Source: Terriglobia bacterium (GTDB taxonomy: Bacteria > Acidobacteriota > Terriglobia > JAJPHL01 > JAPKYU01). From it: a DNA stretch of 64,000 nucleotides. Location of the stretch: the NCBI GenBank assembly GCA_965206645.1, contig CBDBKE010000003.1, positions 224,001 through 288,000 on the forward strand, given 5' to 3'. Below, in pieces: positions 19,263 through 29,260 of this stretch. A program made the position numbers and the translations under genes. The notes beneath the pieces are model-generated. The model did not search any database. It was not told the origin of the DNA and saw nothing but the letters and a program-made list of their open reading frames with translations. Position 1 is the first letter of the stretch. Every line of letters starts with the position of its first letter.

Positions 19263-20206
19263 GCACCGGAACGCCTTTGCCGGACTCTGTCGTCGTCGTC
19301 GTTGTCAGCTACAATTCTTCCAAATACCTCCCGGTGTGCCTGGATTCGCTGCGCGGGGTGGGCGTCGAAATCATCGTCGTGGATAACGCGTCGACCGACG
19401 ATTCGGCTGCCGTGGCCCGCCGGCACGGGGTCAGAGTGATCGCCAACTCCGAGAACCGAGGTCTGGCTGCAGCGGCCAACCAGGGTACGCGTGCCTCCGC
19501 GGCGGAGTTTCTGCTGTTCCTCAATCCGGACGCGGTGCTGCTGGATGGATTCGCGGACTTGCTGCGCGCTGTGATTCAAGAGCCGCAGGCCGGAGCGGTT
19601 GCCGGACTGTTGCTGGATGAGGCCGGGCGGCCGCAGGTCGGTTTCAATGTACGTAGCCTTCCCAGTTTTGTGGCGCTTGCTTGCGAGGTACTTCTGCTAA
19701 ACCGGCTTTGGCCGCGCAATCCGGTAAACCACCGGTACCGCTGCCTGGACGTGCCGCTGGACCGGCCGGGCGAAATTGAGCAGCCGGCCGGGGCTTGCCT
19801 GTTGGTTTGCCGCCGGGCCCTGGAGCAGGTGGGCTACTGGGACGAGCATTTTTACCCGCTTTGGTTCGAAGACGTTGACCTGTGCCTGAGGTTGCGCCGT
19901 TCTGGATACCGTATCCTGTTCTGTCCGACCTGTCGCTGGCGCCACCACGGGGGGCACTCGCTGGACAGTATCTCATTTGCCCGAAAGCAATTTTTCTGGT
20001 ACCGTAATCTACTCTATTACGTGCGCAAGCACATGGGTTCCGCCGCCGCGCTGGCCATGAGACTGCTGGTATGTGCCGGCGCTGCCGCTCGTTGGATGGC
20101 TACCTTGGTTGTTCCGAGCGGGCAGCACCGGTCGAGCGCCTATTGGGCGGTGATGAAGTTGGCGCTTAGCAGACCGGCAAAACAGCCGCCGCCCCACGTG
20201 GTTTGA
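19259..20206 (+). CDS. GT2 glycosyltransferase (WbbL/rhamnosyltransferase-like)
   Basis: VVSYNS, VVDNASTD, FLNPD, QPAGACL, FEDVDLC. Confidence 0.9.
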   Translation: MSTGTPLPDSVVVVVVSYNSSKYLPVCLDSLRGVGVEIIVVDNASTDDSAAVARRHGVRVIANSENRGLAAAANQGTRASAAEFLLFLNPDAVLLDGFADLLRAVIQEPQAGAVAGLLLDEAGRPQVGFNVRSLPSFVALACEVLLLNRLWPRNPVNHRYRCLDVPLDRPGEIEQPAGACLLVCRRALEQVGYWDEHFYPLWFEDVDLCLRLRRSGYRILFCPTCRWRHHGGHSLDSISFARKQFFWYRNLLYYVRKHMGSAAALAMRLLVCAGAAARWMATLVVPSGQHRSSAYWAVMKLALSRPAKQPPPHVV

Positions 20207-21265
20207 ATGTCTTCACTGGTTAGCGTTACCCTCGTTACCTATAACAGCGGGCGCTACATCGGCCCCTGTCTGGAATCCATCTTCACCCAGCAGCACTGCC
20301 ACCTGGAAGTGCTCGTGGTGGACAACGCTTCGCAAGACACCACCCGCGAGGTGCTGGCGCGTTACGCCAATCGTATTCAGATTATCTGGAACCCGCAAAA
20401 CATTGGCTTTGCTGCCGCCCAGAACCAGGCGATTGCCGCCAGTACAGGCAGGTGGGTGCTGGTGCTCAACCCCGACGTGGTGTTGATCCCAAGCTTTGTG
20501 TCTACGATGGTCAAAGCTGCCGAAGGACACGCCGACCCCCGCCTGGGCGCCCTGTGCGGCAAGCTGCTGGCCATGGAGCCAGGCCTGAGCCTTCCCACCA
20601 ATCCGCGGGTGGACTCGGCAGGCATCTTCTTCACTCCAACGCTACGCCACTTTGACCGGGGCTCTGGCAAGCCGGACAATGGCAACTACGAGAGAGCCGA
20701 GTACGTTTTCGGGGCCTCGGCGGCGGCTGCCCTCTACCGGCGCGAAATGATCGAAGACGTCAGCCAGGAGGGGGAATTCTTCGATCCGGACTTTTTCTTC
20801 TATCGCGAGGACGCCGATGTGGCCTGGCGCGCCCAGCTTCTGGATTGGAAGTGCCTCTACGTGCCGCACGCCCTGGGCTACCATGCGCGAAGGGTGCAGC
20901 ACTGGAACCGGGCCCAGGTGCCGCCGCAAATCAACATGCACTCGGTGAAGAACCGGTTCTTGATGCGGCTGAAGAACGTAGGCGCCTCCCTCTACCTGCG
21001 CAACCTGCTTCCCGTCACCGTGCGGGATTTTGGAGTGCTGGGCTACTGCCTGCTGGTGGAACGCTCCTCGTTGCCCGCCTTCTGGCTGCTCGGGCGCGCC
21101 TGGTCTCGCGCCTGGCGCAAGCGGCGCTGGATCCAGCAACGTCGGCGCGTGGCCGACCGCGAGTTGGCCCGCTGGTTCCGCTTCCGTCCGGTGTCCTTCC
21201 CCATGCGGGAGCAGGTCGTTTCGGTCCCCGCCGGTTCCAGATCTCGACTGGGCGTCTCATCCTGA
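20207..21265 (+). CDS. GT2 glycosyltransferase
   Basis: VTYNS, VVDNASQD, NIGFAAAQN, LNPD, YREDADVAWR. Confidence 0.9.
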   Translation: MSSLVSVTLVTYNSGRYIGPCLESIFTQQHCHLEVLVVDNASQDTTREVLARYANRIQIIWNPQNIGFAAAQNQAIAASTGRWVLVLNPDVVLIPSFVSTMVKAAEGHADPRLGALCGKLLAMEPGLSLPTNPRVDSAGIFFTPTLRHFDRGSGKPDNGNYERAEYVFGASAAAALYRREMIEDVSQEGEFFDPDFFFYREDADVAWRAQLLDWKCLYVPHALGYHARRVQHWNRAQVPPQINMHSVKNRFLMRLKNVGASLYLRNLLPVTVRDFGVLGYCLLVERSSLPAFWLLGRAWSRAWRKRRWIQQRRRVADRELARWFRFRPVSFPMREQVVSVPAGSRSRLGVSS

Positions 21266-21300
21266 TTAGCTCCTGTCGGGTGCATGGCCGACGCGGCTTG

Positions 21301-22410
21301 ATGAACATTGCCATTTTGGGAACCCGGGGCATCCCCGCCGCCTACGGCGGATTCGAGACGTTCGCGGAAGAGCTGGCAGCCCGGCTGGCGACGCGAGGCC
21401 ACCGGGTCTGGGTCTATGGCCGGCCGCATCGGGTTGGCTTCCGACCACCGGGGGCGACCCAATATCGCGGCGCGCATCTGGTTCTGTTGCCCTCCATCCC
21501 CCACAAGTACCTGGAGACGGTTAGCCATACCTTTCTCTCCGTGCTGCACCTGTTGTGGCGCTTGCGTGCAGTGGATGTGGCACTGGTCTGCAACGCCGCG
21601 AACAGCGTCTTTTCCTGGCAACCCCGCCTGGTCGGCGTCAAGACGGTGCTCAACGTGGATGGGCTGGAGCGGCTGCGCCGGAAGTGGAACGTGGCGGGCC
21701 GCACCTACTACCAGGTCTCCGAATGGCTGGCCACCTGGTTGCCCACCGCGGTGGTCACCGATGCCCACAGCATCCAGCGCTATTACCTGGACCGCTACGG
21801 AAAAACCTCGCGGTACATTCCCTATGGAGCAAGCTCGCCGGGGGAAGCCGGGACCGATCAGTTAACCCGGTTGGGGCTTGAGCCGGGCAACTATCTGCTC
21901 TACGTCAGCCGGCTGGAGCCGGAAAATAACGCCTTGCTGGTGGTGCAGGCCTTCGAAAAAGTCGCGAGCTCGGCGCGGCTGGCCGTGGTCGGCGACGCCC
22001 CGTACGCTGCTGACTATATCCGCCAGGTCCGCCAGACGCGCGATCCGCGCATCGTGTTCCCGGGCGCCATCTACGGCGAAGGTTGCCGGCAGTTGCGCGC
22101 CCATGCGCTACTGTACGTCCACGCCACCGAGGTCGGTGGCACGCATCCCGCGATGCTGGAGGCGATGGCGGCCGCTCGGCCTGTGCTCTACCTCGACACG
22201 CCGGAAAACCGCGAGGTCGCGGGCGAAGCGGGCCTCCCGTTCACCCATTCACCTGAAGACCTGGCCGAGAAGATAGGCTTTCTGCTGGCGCGCCCGGACG
22301 AGCGGCAACGCCTGGGCGCGCTGGCGTGCGAGCGCGCCCGGCGCCTGTATGATTGGGAGGACGTGACGACCGCCTACGAGCAGTTGTTTCAGGAATTGCT
22401 CAATAGCTAG
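21301..22410 (+). CDS. GT4 glycosyltransferase (DUF1972-type N-terminus)
   Basis: MNIAILGTRGIPAAYGGFETF, NVDGLE, SRLEPENN, EVGGTHPAMLEAM. Confidence 0.92.
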   Translation: MNIAILGTRGIPAAYGGFETFAEELAARLATRGHRVWVYGRPHRVGFRPPGATQYRGAHLVLLPSIPHKYLETVSHTFLSVLHLLWRLRAVDVALVCNAANSVFSWQPRLVGVKTVLNVDGLERLRRKWNVAGRTYYQVSEWLATWLPTAVVTDAHSIQRYYLDRYGKTSRYIPYGASSPGEAGTDQLTRLGLEPGNYLLYVSRLEPENNALLVVQAFEKVASSARLAVVGDAPYAADYIRQVRQTRDPRIVFPGAIYGEGCRQLRAHALLYVHATEVGGTHPAMLEAMAAARPVLYLDTPENREVAGEAGLPFTHSPEDLAEKIGFLLARPDERQRLGALACERARRLYDWEDVTTAYEQLFQELLNS

Positions 22411-22470
22411 AAGTTTAGCCGAAGAGGAAACCACCGGGGACGGACTGGCGCGGTCGGGCACAGGCCTTGG

Positions 22471-22707
22471 TTAGTCCGCGCCAGCCAGAGCCAGGATCTT
22501 CTTCTTCACTCCTGGTGGAAAGTCCACAAATACGAAATGAGCTTTGTGGTACAGATAATCCTCGCCACTCTCATCCACGATCCGCACCAAATCATCCCTG
22601 GCCGCTCGTGGGTCGGGAAGAATCCGATACACTTTGCCGACGATGAGAGATGCCTCATAGTTGCGGTTATCAATACAAAGCGCGAATGGTTTCGTCGGTG
22701 CTTTCAT
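22471..22707 (-). CDS. Small hypothetical protein, second gene of a TA-like pair
   Basis: 78 aa; CIDNRNYEASL..KVYRILPD...RIVDESGEDYLY; 4-bp overlap with the upstream gene. Confidence 0.75.
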   Translation of the reverse strand: MKAPTKPFALCIDNRNYEASLIVGKVYRILPDPRAARDDLVRIVDESGEDYLYHKAHFVFVDFPPGVKKKILALAGAD

Positions 22708-22943
22708 CGTTTGTCCAGATAGCGCTTAACCTTCAGGTCTCGTTTGCCGATCCCGTGCGCCTCATACCAGTGTAACTCAACCGCACGGAGAGCTCCGTTC
22801 GGCAGCCGAACAGTAGCAGTCCCTTTCATCTTGCGCCACCGACCATGTCCGTAAGCTTTACGGAGGTGCGAGCGAACCCGGATGGCAGGGCCGGAGGCGA
22901 TGACCTCGACATCTGCTATCGAGCTAACCAGCTCAAACTTCAT
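22704..22943 (-). CDS. Small basic hypothetical protein, first gene of a TA-like pair
   Basis: 79 aa; GRWRKMKG...ELHWYEAHGIG; RBS-like GAGG before the ATG. Confidence 0.75.
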   Translation of the reverse strand: MKFELVSSIADVEVIASGPAIRVRSHLRKAYGHGRWRKMKGTATVRLPNGALRAVELHWYEAHGIGKRDLKVKRYLDKR

Positions 22944-23146
22944 CCTCTTCCGTACAGAAGGACATTTTCGACCGGTCTAACGCCTGTTTCTGCTGGCCTG
23001 GACAAAACCGGTTCCCGGGCCAACTGGGACGGAATCACCGGCGGCGAAGTGGAGGGCAACCGCATTGTTTCTTCCAGGCTGGTTAGCCATTCTCACTTGG
23101 CCACATCCAACCCTCATACTGTACAATCACGGAATTAGCCAATTCA

Positions 23147-24208
23147 ATGGCAACGGTATCAGCCCCAGAAGTTTCCGTGATCGTGGTGAACTGGAACCGC
23201 CGTGAGCTGCTGCGCGCCTGCCTGCTCTCGCTGAGTGCGCAGACCTTCGGCAGCCTGGAGGTGATTGTCGTGGACAACGGCTCCGAGGACGGCTCGCCTG
23301 CGATGGTGCTGGAAGAATTCCCAGAGGTTGTGCTCATCCGCAACGCCGAGAACCGTGGGTTCTGTGCCGCTAACAACCAGGGCATCCGTCAGGCGCGCAG
23401 GCGCTACGTTGCGCTGCTGAACAACGATGCTGAGGCCGAGCCCCGATGGTTGGAAGAGCTACTCAGCGGCTTGCGCGCCGGGCCGGACGTAGGTATGTGC
23501 GCCTCCAAAATCTTGTTCTACGAAGCCCGCGGCGTCATCGACAAGGTTGGCCACCTGATCTACCCGGATGGGCAGAACCGGGGGCGGGGCTGTGGGGAGC
23601 TGGACTGCGGCCAGTACGAACTCTCCGAAGAGGTGCTGCTGCCCGATGGCTGCGCTGCCCTCTACGACCGGCGGGTGTTCGAGAGCGCCGGCATGTTCGA
23701 CGAAGACTTTTTTGCCTACGGCGACGACGCCGAGTTGGGTTTGCGCGCGCGTCTGGCCGGCTGGCGCTGCATGTACGTGCCTACGGCGGTGGTCTACCAC
23801 CATCACTCGTCCACGCTGGGCCGTTTCTCCGAGCGGCGGCTGGTGCTGGTGGAACGTAATCGAGTGTGGCTGGCGGCGAAGCTGTTTCCGTGGCGCTTGC
23901 TCCTGCTGAACCCTTTTTACACTGTCGTCCGACTGGCGGCCAACGCAATGGCGGCGGCGCGCGGCCAGGGAGAAGCGGGCCAGTTCGCCGGCCAGCGCGG
24001 CTGGTGGCTGCTGGTGCGTTGCCTGCTGCGGGCCTATTGGCAGGCGCTGGCCGGGCTGCCCGGCGTGTGGCGCAAGCGCCGTCAGGTCCGCCGCGCCCGC
24101 AAGCTCTCGGACCGCGAGTTCCTGCGGCTGCTTCGGCGCTTCCGTATTAGCGCGCGCGAACTGGCCTTCCAGGCGAGACACCTTCCCGGGCCGGCGGAGG
24201 CGGCATGA
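23147..24208 (+). CDS. GT2 glycosyltransferase
   Basis: VVNWN, VVDNGSEDGS, LLNND, PDGCAALY, FFAYGDDAELG. Confidence 0.92.
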   Translation: MATVSAPEVSVIVVNWNRRELLRACLLSLSAQTFGSLEVIVVDNGSEDGSPAMVLEEFPEVVLIRNAENRGFCAANNQGIRQARRRYVALLNNDAEAEPRWLEELLSGLRAGPDVGMCASKILFYEARGVIDKVGHLIYPDGQNRGRGCGELDCGQYELSEEVLLPDGCAALYDRRVFESAGMFDEDFFAYGDDAELGLRARLAGWRCMYVPTAVVYHHHSSTLGRFSERRLVLVERNRVWLAAKLFPWRLLLLNPFYTVVRLAANAMAAARGQGEAGQFAGQRGWWLLVRCLLRAYWQALAGLPGVWRKRRQVRRARKLSDREFLRLLRRFRISARELAFQARHLPGPAEAA

Positions 24209-25182
24209 ACCATGCCGCCTCCTGCCCCTTGTGTGGGGCCGAGCAGCCGCGCCTTCGCTACCGATGTTCCGACCGCCTGTTTCGCACTACCAGCGAGCAA
24301 TTCCATGTGGTCGAGTGCGGTGCCTGCCGTGTTCTTTACCTGTCACCGCGGCCATCCGCCGAGGAACTGGCGCGGTACTACCCTGAGGGCTATTGGTGGG
24401 GCGCGAGCCGGCAAGGAGGCATCGCCCGGCGGATTGAAGGCCTCTACCGTGGCGCGGTGCTGCGCGACCATGTGGCCTTTGTCACCCGGGCCGTGGGTCC
24501 GCCCCCGGCGAGAATCCCGCCCACACGTATCCTCCCCGCCCGTATCCTGGATGTCGGCTGCGGCACGGGAGACCTGATGGCCGCCTTGCGGCAGCGCGGG
24601 TATTCTTGCATGGGGATGGACCATTCCCTGGCAGCGCTGGCGGCAGCGCAGGCCCAGGGCGTGCCTGCGCTGCTCGGCGACTACCATGCCGCCCCGCTGG
24701 CGCCGGAAAGCTTCGACGCAGTGACCATGTTTCATTTCTTGGAGCACGTGCCCGACCCGGGCTGCGCGTTACGATTTGCTCATCGGCTCCTGCGACCGTC
24801 CGGACGGCTCATCGTGCAGGTGCCCAACGCCGCAAGCTGGCAATCCGCTGCGCTGGGGGCACGCTGGAGCGGGCTGGACGTGCCGAGGCACCTGGTGGAC
24901 TTCCGCCAGTGCGACCTGGAGCGATTGGTCGAGCAGGCTGGATTCCGGATCGGCAGCGCAAAACACTTCTCCCTGCGGGACAATCCTGCCGCGCTGGCCA
25001 CCAGCCTGGCGCCGGGCCTGGATCCGATGGGACGGCTGGTCCGGCGCAAAGAAGGCGTAGGACAGCGGCTGGCGCTGGATCTGGCCTACTTCGCGCTGGT
25101 GATGGCTGCCCTTCCCTGGGCCGTCGCCGAGGCCGTGGTCGGGCGCGGCGCTACAATCATGTTGGATGCCCAGAAGTACTAA
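24205..25182 (+). CDS. Class I SAM methyltransferase with N-terminal Zn-binding motif
   Basis: CPLC...CGAC; ILDVGCGTG; FHFLEH; VPN; DVPRHL. Confidence 0.9.
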   Translation: MNHAASCPLCGAEQPRLRYRCSDRLFRTTSEQFHVVECGACRVLYLSPRPSAEELARYYPEGYWWGASRQGGIARRIEGLYRGAVLRDHVAFVTRAVGPPPARIPPTRILPARILDVGCGTGDLMAALRQRGYSCMGMDHSLAALAAAQAQGVPALLGDYHAAPLAPESFDAVTMFHFLEHVPDPGCALRFAHRLLRPSGRLIVQVPNAASWQSAALGARWSGLDVPRHLVDFRQCDLERLVEQAGFRIGSAKHFSLRDNPAALATSLAPGLDPMGRLVRRKEGVGQRLALDLAYFALVMAALPWAVAEAVVGRGATIMLDAQKY

Positions 25183-25211
25183 CCAGGCATGTTGGATGCC
25201 CAGAAGTGCTA
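25158..25211 (+). repeat. 24-bp direct repeat (period 30) at a gene junction
   Basis: catgttggatgcccagaagtacta versus catgttggatgcccagaagtgcta. Confidence 0.9.
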
Positions 25212-25934
25212 GACCCGCGCGTGCGTCGAGCCGCTGAGCGCCTCCTGCCCCGCTTCTTACTGCGCGCCCTGGACCCCTTTGAGAGCCGCGCCGAGGAGGC
25301 GCTTGCCGCCTTCGCGGCGTCGCTTCCGGCAGATTCCTGGGTGCTCGATGCGGGCGCGGGCCAGTGCCGTTATGCGCCACTGTTTGCCCGCCACCGTTAC
25401 GTGGCAATGGACAATGCCGTTGGAGACCCTTCCTGGGACTATTCGCGCCTCCACCTGCTTGGGGACCTGGAGCAGTTGCCGCTGGCGACGGCATCTTTCG
25501 ATGCCGCCATCAGCGTGGTCGTGCTCGAACACACGCGGGAGCCGCAGCGCGTGCTGCGCGAGGCCGCGCGCGTACTACGCCCGGGCGGGCGGCTGCTGTT
25601 GGTAGTGCCCCAGGAATGGGAAGTGCACCAGGCTCCCCACGACTACTTCCGCTTCACACGCTACGGGGTGGAGTACCTGCTGGAGTGCGCGGGCTTGCGG
25701 GTGCGGAAATTGGAAGCGGTGGGCGGTTTCTTCTGGCTGGTGGCCCGTCGCTCGGTGAACCTGCTCAGTTTCTTTCAGGGCGGGCTAAAGTGGTCGCTGT
25801 TCGTGCTGCTGGCACCGCTCTTCGGCTTCTTGATTCCCCTGCTGCTCTATTTCTGTGACCCGCTGGACCGCCAGCGCGACTTCACCCTCGGCTACATCTG
25901 CGAAGCCGAGAAGGCCCCTGCCCCACCTCAGTAG
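25206..25934 (+). CDS. SAM-dependent methyltransferase (type 11)
   Basis: VLDAGAG, FDAAISVVVLEH, RVLRPGG, HQAPHDYFRFT; start (GTG 25206 or 25221) uncertain. Confidence 0.85.
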   Translation: MLDPRVRRAAERLLPRFLLRALDPFESRAEEALAAFAASLPADSWVLDAGAGQCRYAPLFARHRYVAMDNAVGDPSWDYSRLHLLGDLEQLPLATASFDAAISVVVLEHTREPQRVLREAARVLRPGGRLLLVVPQEWEVHQAPHDYFRFTRYGVEYLLECAGLRVRKLEAVGGFFWLVARRSVNLLSFFQGGLKWSLFVLLAPLFGFLIPLLLYFCDPLDRQRDFTLGYICEAEKAPAPPQ

Positions 25935-25996
25935 GTCAGTAGAAGAGTCACATAGACGCGCAGTTGTGTGGGGCTGAGGTAGGGCCAGCTGTGAGT

Positions 25997-27259
25997 TCAG
26001 CGGGGCGCGCCGAGGGCGGAAATCTTGAGCTGCAACTGCTGGCGCGCGCGCGGATCAGTGGTGCGCACCAGCGCCTGCCGGTAGTGGTCCAGAGCTTCGG
26101 TGAAGTTGCGCCGGCCGGCGTAAAGGTCGCCCAATGCCTCCAGGGCACGTGGCGGCGCGGGGTCGGTGGAGACGGCGGCCAGCAGTTCACTCTCCGCTTC
26201 GGCCTCGCGCCCCTCCTCCAGCAACAGCGTGCCCAACTCTTCGCGGACGGCCGAATTGCGCGGATCAACCGCCAGGGCGGCGCGCAATTCCTTTTTGGCC
26301 TTCGACTTCCGGCCGCTGCGCCGGTAGAGTCGGGCCAGGTTCAGACGCGGGGCCACCTGGCGCGGGTCGGCGCGGAGTGCTTTGCGGTAGTGCTTCTCGG
26401 CTTCCTTCGGGCGCCGTCCCATTTCAAGAAGGACCGCCAGGTTGTGGTTGGTGACTGGCCCGTCGGGATCCAGCTCCTGCGCGTGTTGCAATTCCCGCTG
26501 GGCCTCGAGGGCCCGGCCGACTTGCAGGTAAAGTACTCCCAGGTTTACGTGCAGGAAAGCCAGGCTCGGCGCATACACGGTGGCGACCACCCACTCCCGT
26601 TCGGCGGATTCATACTCGCGGAGGGCGAAGTACGCGAGGGCCAGGTTGTGGCGGACGTAGACCCACTGGGGTGTGCGCTGGATGGCCATCTGAAAATAGG
26701 GCACCGAGTCCCCGGGCCGGTGTTCCATCAGGTAGGTGATGCCCAGGCCGTTGTAGCCATAGGGCACTGTGGGGTCTAGCGCAATGGATTGCCGCAGAAG
26801 CGGCCGGGCTTCCCGCCACAGCCCCTTCGCCAGCAGTGCCCGGCCACGGCAGAACTGGTAGCGCGAGCGCCATACCCCCTGCTGCGGCTCCAACTCCGCA
26901 GCCCGTTCAAAGAAGAGTGCAGCGCGGTCAAACTCCTCGGCTGTGAGATTTCCTTCCAGCAGATCGGTGGGACCGGTGGGACGCGGGTCCCGCGGCTGCA
27001 AGTATGCGCGCAGGGTTTCCTCCCCGGCTTCGCTCAGCGCCGCCACCAACGCCTGGCGGGCGGCATTCTTCTCCGCTTCCGGCAGGTTCGACCTTTGCAG
27101 CCGCGCGTGGATTTCCCAGGCGCTCGATCCGGCCGGCTCCAGGAGCCGTTTTTGTTCCAGGGCTCGTTCCAGCGCGGACACCAGCCCCGACGCAGTTTGC
27201 GCAAGGGAAAAGTGCGGGAACCCCACCAACACCAGGAGCAGGGGAAGAAGCCGAGCCAA
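25997..27259 (-). CDS. Exported tetratricopeptide repeat protein
   Basis: Signal peptide; repeated NLG/NLA...A...DP TPR units. Confidence 0.85.
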   Translation of the reverse strand: MARLLPLLLVLVGFPHFSLAQTASGLVSALERALEQKRLLEPAGSSAWEIHARLQRSNLPEAEKNAARQALVAALSEAGEETLRAYLQPRDPRPTGPTDLLEGNLTAEEFDRAALFFERAAELEPQQGVWRSRYQFCRGRALLAKGLWREARPLLRQSIALDPTVPYGYNGLGITYLMEHRPGDSVPYFQMAIQRTPQWVYVRHNLALAYFALREYESAEREWVVATVYAPSLAFLHVNLGVLYLQVGRALEAQRELQHAQELDPDGPVTNHNLAVLLEMGRRPKEAEKHYRKALRADPRQVAPRLNLARLYRRSGRKSKAKKELRAALAVDPRNSAVREELGTLLLEEGREAEAESELLAAVSTDPAPPRALEALGDLYAGRRNFTEALDHYRQALVRTTDPRARQQLQLKISALGAPR

Positions 27260-27528
27260 AGCTCAGCTAGTCTAGGCCAGCACTCCCTTTGGGGCAAGCA
27301 CAATGATGGGATAGGAGATAGGAGCTTCCGAAACTGCCCCCCCCCTCCTCCGGCGCTGCCCAGGGCGATTTGAAACTGCCCTCACCCCCCGCTCCGGGCT
27401 CTCTTTCTAGTACACCCCGTACGGCTGTGGGGGCGGAGATCTTGGAAGCGGGGCTGGGAGCGCAGGGGCTCATTCCTCGGTGAGGTCCTGGACACAATGA
27501 TAATGCTATCGCGTCCCAGTTGGCCTTG

Positions 27529-28379
27529 TTACTTTATTTCTTTGCCGATCCGACTACGGTCGGCCGACCAGTAGATATACAAGGGCTTCCCCTTGACTCT
27601 TTCCAGGGTTACGGGCCCGAAGTCGGGGAATCGGCTGTCGGCGCTGTAATCCCGGTTGTCTCCCATCACGAAGAAATGGTTCTCAGGTATGACAACCGGG
27701 CCGAAATTGTCCTCCCGACGTGCGATGTCATACTGTTTGCGCCACACGGCATAGGGCTCACTCAGAAGTCTTCCGTTCAAATAAACTTTGGTATTCTTAC
27801 CTTCGATAACGTCACCACCTACAGCGATCACCCTTTTGATGAACCACGCGTCTCCGGGGCCTTCGAAGACTATGAGGTCCCGACGTCGCGGAACCTTTGC
27901 TCTGTAACAACTCATGTCTGCAACTAGACAATCTCCAATGATGAGGGTTGGAGCCCCCGAGCCGCTGGATATCTTCAATGTCCGAATTGGAAAAAACTGT
28001 CGCAAGTGTAAACCACAAAAAGTAAATTCGACAAAAGCACAGAAGAAAGGAAGAAGCAAACAAGCTTCCTGGGTGCTGCTAACTTGTGGTCGCTTTCAGC
28101 GGCCCGCTTGCGGGCTATCCGGAACGCATCCACGACAGCGAATACATACGTGCCTGTCATCACCGCAAGAAGGGGAACTAATCCTTCGAAGTGCTTGATC
28201 AGCCCTGCGCGCAGCCAGGAAAACCCAAAGAGTTCAAAACCTAGGCACAGAGTGACTCCTCTTCTGATCTGGCTGTTGTACACCTGTCCCGCACCGGGAA
28301 GGAGCAACGATAGCAAAGGTGCGATGACCATGGCCTTCTTGTTGCCAAGTCCCATATGCGGTTTCCTCAGCCACCTCAC
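27529..28379 (-). pseudogene. Signal peptidase I (LepB-like, with N-terminal TM extension), frameshifted
   Basis: N-part 28379-27975 (LSLLLPGAGQVYN) and C-part (ISSGSGAPTL, FIKRVIA, GDNRDYSADSR) lie in different frames; shift near 28005; lower GC. Confidence 0.8.
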
Positions 28380-28478
28380 GAAGTCGGCTAATGGTTCTAA
28401 TCTACTGCCTAATGGTCTTCACCCTCCTTGGATCGTGATTTTCCGTCCCGACCATCGTCACATCGCGTCGCCCATCAC

Positions 28479-29057
28479 TCAATGGGCGGTGGGCTGCCGC
28501 ATTCCCTCCCAGCGCTTTACAATTCCCACGTCGAGGCCAAACAGGTCGAGCACGCGCCCCACGGTGTGGTTGACGATGTCGTCCACCGACTGCGGGTGGT
28601 TGTAGAAGGCGGGTACCGGAGGGGCGACGATGGCGCCCATCTGGGTCACCATCTCCAGGTTGCGGATGTGCGCCAGAGTCAACGGCGCCTCGCGCACCAG
28701 TAAGACCAGGCGTCGCCGTTCTTTCAGCGTCACGTCGGCCGCCCGCGCCAGCAGGTTGTCACAGACGCCGGTGGCCACCGAAGCCAGGGTCTTGACCGAG
28801 CAGGGTGCGATGACCATGCCCTCCGTCTGGAACGAGCCGCTGGAGAGCTCGGCGGCGATGTCCTGCACCGGGTAGGAGCGGTCGGCCAAGGCCCGGACTC
28901 GCTCCACCGTGTAGGAGGTCTCCCAGGCGATGGTTCGTTCGGCGGCGCGGGAAATCAGCAGGTGGGTTTCCACACTGCGCTCGCCGCGCAGCACCTCCAG
29001 CAGGCGCACCCCGTAGATGGCGCCGGTAGCCCCCGAGATTCCGACGATCAGGCGCAC
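28479..29057 (-). CDS. ubiX: Flavin prenyltransferase UbiX
   Basis: IVGISGATG, SSGSF, APCSVKTL, RAADVTLKERR, REAP, PPVPAFYNHP. Confidence 0.96.
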   Translation of the reverse strand: MRLIVGISGATGAIYGVRLLEVLRGERSVETHLLISRAAERTIAWETSYTVERVRALADRSYPVQDIAAELSSGSFQTEGMVIAPCSVKTLASVATGVCDNLLARAADVTLKERRRLVLLVREAPLTLAHIRNLEMVTQMGAIVAPPVPAFYNHPQSVDDIVNHTVGRVLDLFGLDVGIVKRWEGMRQPTAH

Positions 29058-29081
29058 CGGCGAATTATACCGCTACCAATA

Positions 29082-29211
29082 TCGGATTTCGGTGTCGGAT
29101 TTCGGCGGCGGGTTTCGGTACGCATTTCGGCAGGCGATGAAGCGGTCTGCGGGCGCTTGACTGCCGCCCTTGTTCAGGCCCCGTTCAGGCCTTGTTTAGG
29201 CCTTGTCCAGG
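29082..29211. repeat. Two intergenic tandem arrays (about 13-bp x4; 11-bp x4)
   Basis: tcggatttcggtg/tcggatttcggcg/gcgggtttcggta/cgcatttcggca and ccttgttcagg/ccccgttcagg/ccttgtttagg/ccttgtccagg. Confidence 0.8.
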
Positions 29212-29260
29212 GTTGTGGCTCCCGGCCAAGGATACCGCGTGCCGGTGGTAGAATCGCGGG

